A DNA stretch of 64,000 bases from a virus (Duplodnaviria > Caudoviricetes): IMG/VR virus record IMGVR_UViG_3300045747_000505; one strand, 5' to 3'. Both the position numbers and the translations under genes were made by a program. Positions within the stretch are counted from its first letter, which is position 1, and every line of letters begins with the position of its first letter. This document shows, one piece after another, positions 37,177 through 47,565 of the stretch. The notes under the pieces are model-generated. The model did not search any database. It was not told where the DNA came from and saw only the letters and a list, made by a program, of their open reading frames with translations.

Positions 37177-38073
37177 GTGGAGAAATCAATGATGTATGCA
37201 AACAAGTTCGCGGCCGCCCTCAAAGTCAATGGGCGCGTCCTTCGTGAAGTCGAGGATTCGGTCTTCATTCCCTTTGGCGCCGAGTACGCCATCACCCTCA
37301 AGAACCTGAACGTCCGCAAGGCGCTCGTCAACATCGAGATCGATGGCAAGGACGTCACTGGCGGAGGTCTCGTCATCGAAGCTGGTCGCACCATCGACCT
37401 CGAACGGTTCATCGAGAACGGCAACCTCTCCGCTGGTCAGCGCTTCAAGTTCATCGAGCGCACCGCCAAGATCGAGAATGGTCCACGTGGCATCAAGGTC
37501 GAGGACGGCACCATTCGCGTGCGCTTCGCCTTCGACAACTCGCCGATCTACTATCAGCGTCAGGCGCGCCTTGGCACGCTGTACAGCAAGGGCGGGAGCG
37601 ATCCGTTCCGTGGTGGTCAGACCTATGACAGCTACAACATTGGCGGTGAGCTGAACAGCACGCGCAGCTTCTCGTCCAACTCTGGCCTGCTCGGCGACGC
37701 CGCAAAGGGCAGCGCCGAGTACTTCAACTCGGCTTCAGCCGGTGGCGGCACGCTCTCGGCTGCTCCGACCAAGGCCTCACACCGTCTCACCTCTTCGTCG
37801 GCAGCCATGGCTCAAGCCGCTTCGATCCCGAAGAACGACGTCGGCATCACCGTCGGCGGCTCGCTGAGCAGCCAGTCGTTCGTCGAGGTCGCCGAGTTCA
37901 GCACTGGGCCGGAAGAAGTCCTGGTGTTCCGTGTCTTCGGCGACGTGAATGGCGAGCCGGTGGCAGCACCGATGACGGTCAAGACCCTCATGCAGTGCCC
38001 GACCTGCGGTACGTCGAATGCCTTCGGCACGAAGTTCTGCGGCGAGTGCGGCACTGGTCTGCTGACCGTCTAA
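37177..38073 (+). CDS. Hypothetical protein with C-terminal zinc ribbon
   Basis: CPTCG...FCGECG. Confidence 0.75.
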   Translation: MEKSMMYANKFAAALKVNGRVLREVEDSVFIPFGAEYAITLKNLNVRKALVNIEIDGKDVTGGGLVIEAGRTIDLERFIENGNLSAGQRFKFIERTAKIENGPRGIKVEDGTIRVRFAFDNSPIYYQRQARLGTLYSKGGSDPFRGGQTYDSYNIGGELNSTRSFSSNSGLLGDAAKGSAEYFNSASAGGGTLSAAPTKASHRLTSSSAAMAQAASIPKNDVGITVGGSLSSQSFVEVAEFSTGPEEVLVFRVFGDVNGEPVAAPMTVKTLMQCPTCGTSNAFGTKFCGECGTGLLTV

Positions 38074-38137
38074 CCTGCATTGAGGTCGCCGGTGGTGTGG
38101 TACAGGATACAATGTACCATCACCACTAGGAGACCAC

Positions 38138-39310
38138 ATGCAGATGACATCGTACAAGCTTGGCTGCAACTTTAACCCAGAGCTGATTGGGAAGGTCGCA
38201 GCCCTCAACGCGAAGTATCGCGATCAAGGCGTGCAGGTCGACGAGTTCTACGGCTCGGATCGGACTCACGCCTTTCTTGCTGCCCGCCCAGACTTTCGCC
38301 TGCCGGACATCGACCGGGACTTCCTCGAGCAGTACGTGAAGGACTCGCTCGCCGCCGGCATTCGCTTCAACTACACGATGAACTCCATCAACCCTGGCTC
38401 GAAGACCGAGCTGACGGCGTTGAAGGACGAGATTCAAGACTTCGTGCTGTGGCTTGAGCAGATTGGCGTGTATCGGATCACCATCGCGAATCTGCTCATC
38501 GCTGAGCTGATTCGTGAGGTCTCAACGACCATCAAGCTCGAGCTGAGCACCATCGCGCACGTCGACACCATCTCGCAGCTCAAGTACCTGCAAGAGACCT
38601 TCGGCATCGACAAGGTCTGCGGCAACCTCGCCAAGAACCGGAACAAGCGCTTTCTCAAGCAAGCTGCTCAGTACTGCGCTGACAACGGCATGAGCTACGA
38701 GATCATGCTCAACGAGTTCTGCGGCGTCGGCACACCAGACGGCAGCACCACGCACTGCACGTTCCGTGACAGCTGCTACATCGCTCACGCCTCGGACAAG
38801 ACGCAGGCCGACGCCATGCAGTTCGACACCTACCCGATGAAGTACTGCATCACCGCTCGCAAGATGGACGTCTCGTCCTGGCTCAAGCTGCGCTGGGTTC
38901 GTCCCGAGGACATCTACCGCTACGAAGCGCTGGGCATTCGCAACTTCAAGATCACTGGCCGCACCGGCACCACCGAGTACATCGTCGCGATGGCCGAAGC
39001 GTACCTCTCACGCTCGTGGGAAGGGAACCTGCTTCAACTGTGGAAGCCGCTCGAGACAATCTACAATCACAAGAGCGAGCTCGACCAAGAGCACAACGTC
39101 AACATTCCGAACAAGAGCCTCGACAAGTTCGTCGGCAAGTGGTTCAGCGGCGAGGGCTTCCGCTGCGAAGAAGAGCTGTGCGGCACGACGTGCCGGTACT
39201 GTCACGACTACTTCGAGAAGAAGTTCAGTGACCACGAGCTCGAGGGCGAGGACGCTCACAAGCTCGGCCTGCGCGAAGGCGTCAAGATGATTCCGATTGT
39301 CGCAGCATGA
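38138..39310 (+). CDS. U32-family (Fe-S hydroxylase / peptidase U32) protein
   Basis: FNYTMN, LSTIA, NEFC...C..R..CY, FKITGR. Confidence 0.8.
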   Translation: MQMTSYKLGCNFNPELIGKVAALNAKYRDQGVQVDEFYGSDRTHAFLAARPDFRLPDIDRDFLEQYVKDSLAAGIRFNYTMNSINPGSKTELTALKDEIQDFVLWLEQIGVYRITIANLLIAELIREVSTTIKLELSTIAHVDTISQLKYLQETFGIDKVCGNLAKNRNKRFLKQAAQYCADNGMSYEIMLNEFCGVGTPDGSTTHCTFRDSCYIAHASDKTQADAMQFDTYPMKYCITARKMDVSSWLKLRWVRPEDIYRYEALGIRNFKITGRTGTTEYIVAMAEAYLSRSWEGNLLQLWKPLETIYNHKSELDQEHNVNIPNKSLDKFVGKWFSGEGFRCEEELCGTTCRYCHDYFEKKFSDHELEGEDAHKLGLREGVKMIPIVAA

Positions 39311-40059
39311 AGCGCCTCCTCACTCTCGCGCTGCTCAGCGCCTCGCTGGCTCACGCCAATCCCTACTACGTGAGCGCCACCGGCTCGACCGAGCGGCTGC
39401 GCTACGACGTCGATGGTTGGTTGACGCGCAAGCTCGCCGTCGACAATCGCGCTGACTACCTTCGCCTCTTCGAGCTGGCTGGTGGCACGATGGAGACGCA
39501 GACCAAGCTGACGAACTTCTCGTACAAGGCCACGCTCGGCTATCAAGCCAGCGAGCACCTCGCCTACGAGCTGTCCGCACGCCGCTATCAACGGCACACC
39601 ATCAGTGCCACGCTCAGGGCAAGCGGTGAGCTGCTCGACATCTCAACGACGCTTGGTGGTCACTCGGCCAGCTTGACGGCCAACGCCAGCGGGACCGCAA
39701 AGGCCGCTGCTGAGCTGACAGCAACATCGCTCAGCGCTGCAGCCGTCTATCGCGTGCACGGTCCGGTGTTCGTTCGTGGTGGGCTCGAGTACGCCTACGC
39801 GGCCGTGACGCAGACCACGTCTGATTCGCTGTCGTACTCCTACACGGCGACGGTTGACGGCGTCACGCGAACGAGCAGCAAGACGATTCCGACGACCGTC
39901 GTGGAGAAGCAATCGTACCGTGTGGCGCTGCCGCTGCTCGGCATTGGCATTGACTATCCGTTGAGCAAGCAACTCTCGCTGCGCACCGAGTTCGAGCACG
40001 TAGGTCTGCTTCGTCAGGGCTTCGACTTCGCCTCGACGACGCTGCTCTATCGCTTCTGA
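39307..40059 (+). CDS. Outer-membrane beta-barrel protein (OmpA-like TM domain)
   Basis: Signal peptide; alternating strands; C-terminal YRF. Confidence 0.75.
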   Translation: MKRLLTLALLSASLAHANPYYVSATGSTERLRYDVDGWLTRKLAVDNRADYLRLFELAGGTMETQTKLTNFSYKATLGYQASEHLAYELSARRYQRHTISATLRASGELLDISTTLGGHSASLTANASGTAKAAAELTATSLSAAAVYRVHGPVFVRGGLEYAYAAVTQTTSDSLSYSYTATVDGVTRTSSKTIPTTVVEKQSYRVALPLLGIGIDYPLSKQLSLRTEFEHVGLLRQGFDFASTTLLYRF

Positions 40060-40163
40060 TGTAATCTGCCACTTAGAGCGTTACGTTTAGGTCGAGCGCG
40101 ATTTGTCTCCTTTTCGTCACAACAGGTGTATAATCACCTTGTGTTCAACCAAGGAGTCTCATC

Positions 40164-42731
40164 ATGAAGCGCTCGCGAATCTCTCTCGCAGTCGGCCTTC
40201 TGACCCTCCTGACAGCCTGCGGTGGTGGTAGCGTCGAGTCCGACGTCCCCTCAGCACAGACCGCCAGTGGCCAGCTTCCCACAGCCGAAGTCCACCCAAC
40301 CTTTCACATGTCGGCAGTCCTTCCGGACGAGCCGAGCGATGTCGATGCCAGCGGTGGCAGCGTCTCGGCCTTCATGCCACCGGCCTCCAAGCCCGTGCCG
40401 GTCGAGCTGCAAGGCCTCTCCACCAAGCAGCTCACTCTGCAAGCTTTGACCGACGCCAGGGGCAAGACTCACGCGCTTGCCGCTGGCTCGGTCAAGCCGA
40501 TGGTGTCGGTGTCCTACACCCCAGCTCAGATTCGCGCAGCCTACGGTCTGCCGGCGGTCGCAGCCTCCACACCCGTTCAGCTCGGCGCTGGCCAGACGAT
40601 CTACATTCTGGATGCGTACGACAACCCGACCGCGCTGGCTGACCTCAACGCCTTCTCGACGAAGTTCGGCCTCCCGCTCTGCACCAACGTCGCAGTCACG
40701 GCGGCCAACGCCTTCCCCCTCGCTGCCCCGTCCAGTGGCTGCGACTTCTCGGTCATCTACACCGACTCCACCGGCAACATCGTCCCGACGGCGCCGACCT
40801 ACGACTCTGGTTGGGCTGGTGAGATCGCTCTCGACGTTCAATGGGCTCACGCCATCGCTCCGCTCGCCCGCATCGTGCTGGTCGAAGCGCAGAACTCCTA
40901 CATCGACCGCCTCTACTACGCCACGAAGACCATCAACAAGATGGGCCCGGGCCCGGTGTCCATGTCGTTCGGTGCTCCGGAATATCCTGGCTACACCGAC
41001 ACCACTCGCGACGCCTTCCTCGCGCCTGGCTACACCTACCTCGCAGCGACTGGCGACAATGGCTACCAAGCCATGTGGCCCGCCGTGATGGGTGAAGTGG
41101 TTGCCGTCGGCGGCACCTCGCTGAACTGGTCTGGCACTGGTACTCGCACCGAGACCGCTTGGTCTGGCGCTGGTGGTGCTGTCAGTCAGTACGTGCCGCT
41201 CCCGTCGTATCAAGTCAATCTCAAGCTCGCCGATGGCTCAACGCCGACGATGCGCGCAGTGGCTGACGTCTCGATGAACGCTGACCCGTCCACTGGCCAG
41301 TACGTCGCGATGACGTACAACGGTACGGTCAACTGGTTCACGTTCGGTGGGACCAGCATGTCGACACCGATGTGGGCAGGCTTCGTCGCTCTTGGCAACG
41401 CTCAACGTGCTGCCGCTAGCCAACCTGTCATCGGTCGCATTCACAGCGCGATCTACGCCGCTGGTCAAGCTGCAACGACCTACGCGCAAGTCTTCCTCGA
41501 CGTGACGACTGGCGCCAACGGAACCTGCAAGTACTGCGCCGCCACGACGAAGTACGACATCCCGACCGGCTTCGGCACTCCCAACGGTTTCGAGATGGTG
41601 GCGAACCTCGCCAGGTACGCCACGTCGACGCCCACTCCGACCCCGACGCCCACACCGCCGGCTCCGACCCCGCCGACTTCGATCTCGGTTCCTGGTGGCA
41701 ACATCCCTGGCCGCGCTGGTGCTCCGCTCAGCTACACCCTTGGCATTCAAGCCCTGCCCAGTGGCTCGTACACCTACGCAGTGTCTGGTGTGTCTGGTGT
41801 CACGGTCAGCACGATGGGTGTCCTCACCTGGGCGAAGCCTGTCCTTGGCACGTGGAACGCTACGGTGACGGTCAAGTCGACGACTGGCCAATCAGCCAGC
41901 GGTGTCTACAAGTTCGTCATCGGTGCTGCCAACAAGGCTCCGCTGGTGCAGAACATCGCGCTCTCACTGACGACCGCTCAGACTGTCTCGACCACGCCGA
42001 TGTCCTCAGACCCCGATGGTGATGCGCTGACCTTCAAGCTCGGCTCAGTCGCTCCGGCCGGCCTGGCGCTGACAACCGCTGGTGGCCTCACCTTCGCGCC
42101 TACCACCAAGGGTGTCTACACGATCCGTGTCATCGCCACCGATACGTATGGTGCCAGCTCGACCAGCACCGCAACGTTCACGGTCACGACCGCACCGTCC
42201 ACCCCGGTCATCGAGATCGCCACGGACTTCATCGAAGTGCCAGCCGGTCTGCCCGTCAGCCTGCAAGCGGTGATCACGAACGCTGATGGTCTGAGGCCTG
42301 TGACTCGGCTGATCAACGCTCCGGCCGGAATGACGCTCAGCTCCACTGGTCTCATCACTTGGCCGAAGGCTGTGGTTGGAACCTACACGGTGACGCTCGA
42401 AGCCAAGGACCCGAGTGGCCTGACCAGTACGCACTCCTTCACCGTGCAGGCCAACGCTCCCACACCGCCGACCCTCATCGAGCTGACCCTCGCCGTCAAG
42501 CCGAACCAAGTCTTCGCGATGCAGATCCCGGCCTCGACGACGAACGGTACCTCACTGAGCTATGTCCTCTACTCTGTCAACCCGACGCCCACTCCGGTAG
42601 GTCTGACGGTTAGCTCGACTGGCATGCTTCGCTGGACCAAGACCGTGAAGGGAACCTACTTCGTCACGATCATGGTGACAGATGCCCTCGGTCTGAAGTC
42701 CTCAGGCGTCATCTCTTTGCAAGTGATGTAA
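40164..42731 (+). CDS. S53 (sedolisin) peptidase lipoprotein with C-terminal Ig/cadherin-like repeats
   Basis: Lipobox LTAC; EIALD, ATGDNG, GGTS; repeated GLT/GVLTW Ig modules. Confidence 0.88.
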   Translation: MKRSRISLAVGLLTLLTACGGGSVESDVPSAQTASGQLPTAEVHPTFHMSAVLPDEPSDVDASGGSVSAFMPPASKPVPVELQGLSTKQLTLQALTDARGKTHALAAGSVKPMVSVSYTPAQIRAAYGLPAVAASTPVQLGAGQTIYILDAYDNPTALADLNAFSTKFGLPLCTNVAVTAANAFPLAAPSSGCDFSVIYTDSTGNIVPTAPTYDSGWAGEIALDVQWAHAIAPLARIVLVEAQNSYIDRLYYATKTINKMGPGPVSMSFGAPEYPGYTDTTRDAFLAPGYTYLAATGDNGYQAMWPAVMGEVVAVGGTSLNWSGTGTRTETAWSGAGGAVSQYVPLPSYQVNLKLADGSTPTMRAVADVSMNADPSTGQYVAMTYNGTVNWFTFGGTSMSTPMWAGFVALGNAQRAAASQPVIGRIHSAIYAAGQAATTYAQVFLDVTTGANGTCKYCAATTKYDIPTGFGTPNGFEMVANLARYATSTPTPTPTPTPPAPTPPTSISVPGGNIPGRAGAPLSYTLGIQALPSGSYTYAVSGVSGVTVSTMGVLTWAKPVLGTWNATVTVKSTTGQSASGVYKFVIGAANKAPLVQNIALSLTTAQTVSTTPMSSDPDGDALTFKLGSVAPAGLALTTAGGLTFAPTTKGVYTIRVIATDTYGASSTSTATFTVTTAPSTPVIEIATDFIEVPAGLPVSLQAVITNADGLRPVTRLINAPAGMTLSSTGLITWPKAVVGTYTVTLEAKDPSGLTSTHSFTVQANAPTPPTLIELTLAVKPNQVFAMQIPASTTNGTSLSYVLYSVNPTPTPVGLTVSSTGMLRWTKTVKGTYFVTIMVTDALGLKSSGVISLQVM

Positions 42732-43050
42732 TCACTCAGCCTCCGAAACGGAAGGGCCCTAGGGCCCTTCCTGCGTTTCTGATAAATACTCCTGCACTCA
42801 AGGAGATATTGCCATGATGGAAATTCTGAAGAAGCACGGCGCCCCAGCCGGTATTGCCACGCTCCTCGTGCTGGCAATTACGTTCGTCCCAATCTATTAC
42901 CAGTACAAGACGACGGTCAATCAAAACGCTCGCATCGCTCAGCTCGAGGCGAAAGTGGAAAAGCTCTCCGCCAAGTAAGCGTTACGCTTTAGCTAGGTTG
43001 TTACACTTCAACTAGTGTTCAATCGGTCAGGTTGGTGTATAATGGCATCT

Positions 43051-43269
43051 ATGAAAACCCGTGACCAACTCCTCAAAGCCTTCTGTGTTGCCGTTGACCG
43101 TGATGCCATGGCCAAGCTGGTGAATGAAGCCCTCGACTCGCTTCAGTTCGCAGAGCTTCAACAGGCTCTGGCCGAAGCGCGTCTCAAGAAGGCTGGTGAG
43201 CAGATTGCTCGTCAAGCCAAGATGATTGACGAGCTCAATCAAGCTCTGGCTGGTCCCAAACGAAAGTAA
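43051..43269 (+). CDS. Hypothetical coiled-coil protein
   Basis: TATAAT upstream. Confidence 0.6.
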   Translation: MKTRDQLLKAFCVAVDRDAMAKLVNEALDSLQFAELQQALAEARLKKAGEQIARQAKMIDELNQALAGPKRK

Positions 43270-43272
43270 GTC

Positions 43273-44328
43273 ATGTCCAAGCTCCTCACTCGTGAAGCCT
43301 TTCGTGAAGGCGTCTTCGCCCGCGACGGCCACAAGTGCGTGGTCTGCGGCAAGACCGCTGAGCAAACCCCTGAGGGCAAGCTCGACGCGCATCACATCAT
43401 CGAACGTCGGCTCTGGTCCGACGGCGGCTACTACCTCGACAACGGAGCAACGGTCTGTGAAGAACATCACCTGGAGTGCGAGCGAACTATCCGCAGCGTC
43501 GAAGAAGTTCGAGCTCAATGTGGTATTACCACGATTGTCGTCCCCGACCAATTTTACCCCGAGCAGCCAATCACCAAGTGGGGCGACTATGTCCTCGATA
43601 ACGGCTACCGCACAAAGGGTGAGCTGTTCTTTGACGTCAGCGTACAGAAGGTCCTGCGGGACGCCGGAGTCCTAGACCTCTACGTTCCGTACGTCAAGTA
43701 CGGTCGGACGTTCCATCTGCCGTTCTCGCCTGGGATGCACGACGATGACAAGGCGCTGAAGGACTGCGAGCAGTTCGAAGGCAAGGACGTCGTCATCTCC
43801 ATCAAGTTCGACGGTGAGAACACCTCGGGCTACAGCGATGGCCACGTTCACGCTCGCTCCATCGACAGCCGTGGTGGCGAGGAGCGCGCCTGGGTCAAGC
43901 GATTCCTGGCCGAGAACGTGTGCTACAACCTACCCGAAGGGTGGCGCGTCTGTGGCGAGAACGTTTGGGCCGAGCACAGCATCAAGTACACCGACCTGCC
44001 CTCCTACTTCCTCGGCTTCAGCATCTGGAACGAGAAGAACGAATGTCTGTCGTGGGACGACACGCTCGAGTGGTTCGAGCTGCTGGACATCACGCCGGTC
44101 AAGGTTCTCTACCGTGGTCCGTTCAACGGCGACGTGCTGAAGTACGCGACCGAGTTCGTTGCTCCACTGTGGGAGACCACTGAGGGCTACGTCGTTCGCG
44201 TTGCCGATAGCTTCAAGTACGGCGACTTCAAGAAGAGCGTTGCGAAGTACGTTCGCAAGGGCCACGTTCAAACCCAGAAGCACTGGCGTGCCGGTGCTCA
44301 CTTCAAACCAAACGGACTCGCAAAGTGA
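43273..44328 (+). CDS. HNH domain fused to ATP-dependent RNA ligase
   Basis: CVVC...DAHHI...VCEEHH; KFDGEN (motif I), GEN, EGYV, KYV. Confidence 0.88.
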   Translation: MSKLLTREAFREGVFARDGHKCVVCGKTAEQTPEGKLDAHHIIERRLWSDGGYYLDNGATVCEEHHLECERTIRSVEEVRAQCGITTIVVPDQFYPEQPITKWGDYVLDNGYRTKGELFFDVSVQKVLRDAGVLDLYVPYVKYGRTFHLPFSPGMHDDDKALKDCEQFEGKDVVISIKFDGENTSGYSDGHVHARSIDSRGGEERAWVKRFLAENVCYNLPEGWRVCGENVWAEHSIKYTDLPSYFLGFSIWNEKNECLSWDDTLEWFELLDITPVKVLYRGPFNGDVLKYATEFVAPLWETTEGYVVRVADSFKYGDFKKSVAKYVRKGHVQTQKHWRAGAHFKPNGLAK

Positions 44329-44966
44329 TCATCAAATCCATTCAGAGCATCGACTGTCAAGATCTCGACGAGCTCATCGTCGAAACGTACGGTCGGCCAT
44401 TCAACTTTCAACAGCAAGACGGCTGCAAGTCGCGTGGCGTCGATCACATCACCGTGCCAGTGTCGGACCCGTACGACTACGAGAACGACACGATTCCTGA
44501 AGAGGTCAATGGCGACGAGATGGGCGTGTCGTTTGCCGCGTGGCTGGCTCGAGACCCGAAGCAAAAGCTGTCAAGCAACGACTACGAGTGGTCACTTGAC
44601 CTGTTCTGGTCTCGCAACTTCTACCCGAACCTCGACATGGTCGTCAACGACCTTCACGCCCGTGGTCTGCTGCCCGCCGGCGAGTACCAGATCGTGATCG
44701 ACTGGTAAGACTTCAACAAGGACACCATCGTGAAAACCTACACCCCTGCTCAGTACGCTCGTCGTCAGAAGGTCCGTGACTGGATCGTCGCCTCGATGCC
44801 CGTCATCCTCCTGATTGCGTTCTTCAGCGCCGCCATCGCCTATCCCCTCGCTGGTCCCACGGCAGCGATTCTGGCGCCCGTCGTCATCATCGCGACGTTC
44901 AACCTCATCGAGTGGTCGCTCATTCCGCGGGATCGGCTGTACCACGCTCAACGGTCACATTACTAA
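44325..44966 (+). CDS. Hypothetical ORFs (44325-44708; 44730-44966 membrane)
   Basis: ORF track. Confidence 0.6.
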
Positions 44967-45332
44967 GGACATCATCATGGCACGAAGCAGCAACAACGGT
45001 CCCATTGCCTCCGGTCCGGAGCGCGCCCTTGGCTACGTCCCACCGGTGCGTGGAACGCTCGAGCTCGTCTGCATTGGCGCCATCATCGGCTCCATCTGCA
45101 ATCATCCATCCATCGGCATCGCCGTCGGCCTGCTCGTCGCCTTCATTGGCTACCGGGTCATTGGGCGCCTGAAGTAGCATGGCCCACTCGATCTCGTACC
45201 TCTCGCTGCTCGTCTTCGGCGGCATCGCTGGAGCGCTGGTCGGTGCTGAGGTCGATGGCGACTCACTTGCCTACGCCGCTGCCGCAATCTCCATTCTCAT
45301 CGGGCTTGGCCCATTCATCATCGAGTAATCAC

Positions 45333-45677
45333 ATGCCCTATCTCACTGCTCTTGCCGACGAATGCGTTCGCGGCGCTGGCCTCGGTCGCGAGGACTTCAA
45401 GGACCCAGGCGCCATGGGTCTCAAGCTGATGGAGGAGGTCGGCGAGTTTGCCGAGGCCATCAACTTCGCCCTTGGCAATCTGCCACACAAGAAGGTCAAG
45501 GAATCGCCCTTCGGCGAGGCCGCTGACGTCGTTCAGTGCGTCATCGCGCTGCTCGTCAAGACCTATCCGCAGATGGACAACGAGCGCATCATCGAGGAGC
45601 TGTACAAGCAGATGGTGGTGAAGAACGACAAGTACGAGAAGAAAGTGATTGAGCCGCTGCGAAAAGCGGCGAAGTAA
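45333..45677 (+). CDS. MazG-like nucleotide pyrophosphohydrolase
   Basis: KLMEEVGEFAE...EAADV. Confidence 0.85.
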   Translation: MPYLTALADECVRGAGLGREDFKDPGAMGLKLMEEVGEFAEAINFALGNLPHKKVKESPFGEAADVVQCVIALLVKTYPQMDNERIIEELYKQMVVKNDKYEKKVIEPLRKAAK

Positions 45678-45752
45678 ATCACCCGTCGCTGATAAATAGG
45701 TCCATGCGAGAGCGTGGGCCTATTTGCGCTTCTACAATCAAAAGGGTTAGAA

Positions 45753-46787
45753 ATGAAAGTCACTGAACTGTTCGAAGGCACTTCAAAGTCTGCAATCAAG
45801 AAGCTCGAAGACGCCATCTTCAACAACTGGCTCGAGCTCTCAACGAAGCAGATCGCCAAGCGAGTCAAGGGCTGGCCAGAGTTCAAGGACATGCCTGCCG
45901 CTGAGCTCGAGACCATCGTCGGCGATGCGCACTATCTGGTGCACAATCAAGTCGATGAAGGTCTGACCGAAGGCGAGGTCATTCAGGCGAAGTTCGGTGA
46001 GCCAGTCAAGACCGGCGTCGTGAAGATGCGAGTTCGCAAGCACCCGCTCGGCGCGTACTCTCCAACCGGCACCTTCAAGGTCCATGAGTTCACTGAGAAT
46101 CAAGGTGGTCGCAAGGACTCGATGTTCGTCTCGTACAAGAATTCCGATGGTGGCGTTGACGGCTGGCCGTTCGACCGCAAGAGCCCGCCAGAGTTCATCA
46201 CGTTCATGGTCGGCAATGAAAAGGTCACGCTCTCACAGGCGCTCGCCGCCTGGCGCCAGCAACAGAAGTCCGTCAAGGAAGGTCTAATGACCGAAGGCGC
46301 CTTCGTCATCAAGAACACCGCCGGTGTTGAGAAGCGCTTCAAGGACGCCAACAGCGAAGCCGCCAAGCTTTGGAAGGCATCTGGCTCCAAGGCTTCGAAG
46401 CCGTCCGCCGTGCCGACGGAGAAGTACTCACAAGCGTGGTGGCAGTATCAAGAGGACAAGGACAAGAACTACGAGAAGACCATGCCGTGGACGAAGATCG
46501 ACAAGCACGACCTTGACTCGGCTGCGCTGAAGGCTGCGTTCTCCTCCGCTGGCTGGAATGAGAACAACGTTGACGACTGGTCAGTCGTTGGTGGCAGCGG
46601 AAACGTCAAGGTCAAGGGTGTGAACTGCGCGGCTCTCACACTGCGCGTCGTGTACATGTTCACGAAGGACGATGACATTGGCGTCGAGGGCGATGATCCA
46701 GTCTCAGACTCCGAGTACATCACGATCGCTCGCTCGCCAACGGACCCGAAGAAGTATGTCTTCGTTCGTCATGGTCAGCTGCGTTAA
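45753..46787 (+). CDS. Late multi-module hypothetical protein
   Basis: Late promoter; MKVTELFE start; internal L.E linkers. Confidence 0.7.
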   Translation: MKVTELFEGTSKSAIKKLEDAIFNNWLELSTKQIAKRVKGWPEFKDMPAAELETIVGDAHYLVHNQVDEGLTEGEVIQAKFGEPVKTGVVKMRVRKHPLGAYSPTGTFKVHEFTENQGGRKDSMFVSYKNSDGGVDGWPFDRKSPPEFITFMVGNEKVTLSQALAAWRQQQKSVKEGLMTEGAFVIKNTAGVEKRFKDANSEAAKLWKASGSKASKPSAVPTEKYSQAWWQYQEDKDKNYEKTMPWTKIDKHDLDSAALKAAFSSAGWNENNVDDWSVVGGSGNVKVKGVNCAALTLRVVYMFTKDDDIGVEGDDPVSDSEYITIARSPTDPKKYVFVRHGQLR

Positions 46788-46806
46788 TCGCGCCTAAGGA
46801 TCGACA

Positions 46807-47565
46807 ATGGCCATCACTCTCAAAGAATTCCTAGTCCTGCTCGAGGACCGTACCGATCAGGCCATCAAGGACTTTGGTGCGAAGGTTGGCACCGCGCTCT
46901 CAGATGACTCGAGCCCGAACAAGCCGAAGGACGCCGAGGGCGCCATTCGCGAGCTGGCCAAGATCAGCCCAACGAACATCATGTGGCTGAGCCGCATGTA
47001 CGCTGCCAAGCAGTTCAAGCTCGAAGATGCAAGCCGCGTCAAGAAGACAATCGAGACGTTCGACAAGGTCAAGAAGAAGTTGGAGGTCAGAGACCTCAAC
47101 AACTACAAGACGCTTGGCGCTCTGTACGACGCCATCGAGCCGCACGATGGCGCTGCCGACGAGCTGTCGAAGAAGCAAGCTGCGAGACAGATCAAGACCA
47201 ATGAGACCGAAGTCTTTCTGAAGGAGCCTGACCTGCTTGTGCTCATTCCAAAGTCTGAAGCCGCTGCGTGCAAGTACGGCGCTGGCACCAAGTGGTGTAC
47301 CGCTGCTGACTCTGACAACATGTTCAGCCACTACGATGCTCAGGGCAAGCTCTACATCGTCATCGCGCCGACGCTGCCGAAGAAGGGCGACTATGAGCGC
47401 AAGTTCCAGCTGCACTATCAGACCGACTCGTTCATGGACGAGCGTGACGAGCCAGTTGGCAAGGCTGACATCAGCGCGCTGAGCAAGCTGCCGGGCTACA
47501 CGAAGTTCCTCAACAAGCTCATCAAACTTCACTACGGTCCGCACATCGACGCCCTGGAGGCGTAA
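46807..47565 (+). CDS. Hypothetical protein with YGAGTKWCT motif
   Basis: AACKYGAGTKWCTAA...GKLY. Confidence 0.7.
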   Translation: MAITLKEFLVLLEDRTDQAIKDFGAKVGTALSDDSSPNKPKDAEGAIRELAKISPTNIMWLSRMYAAKQFKLEDASRVKKTIETFDKVKKKLEVRDLNNYKTLGALYDAIEPHDGAADELSKKQAARQIKTNETEVFLKEPDLLVLIPKSEAAACKYGAGTKWCTAADSDNMFSHYDAQGKLYIVIAPTLPKKGDYERKFQLHYQTDSFMDERDEPVGKADISALSKLPGYTKFLNKLIKLHYGPHIDALEA

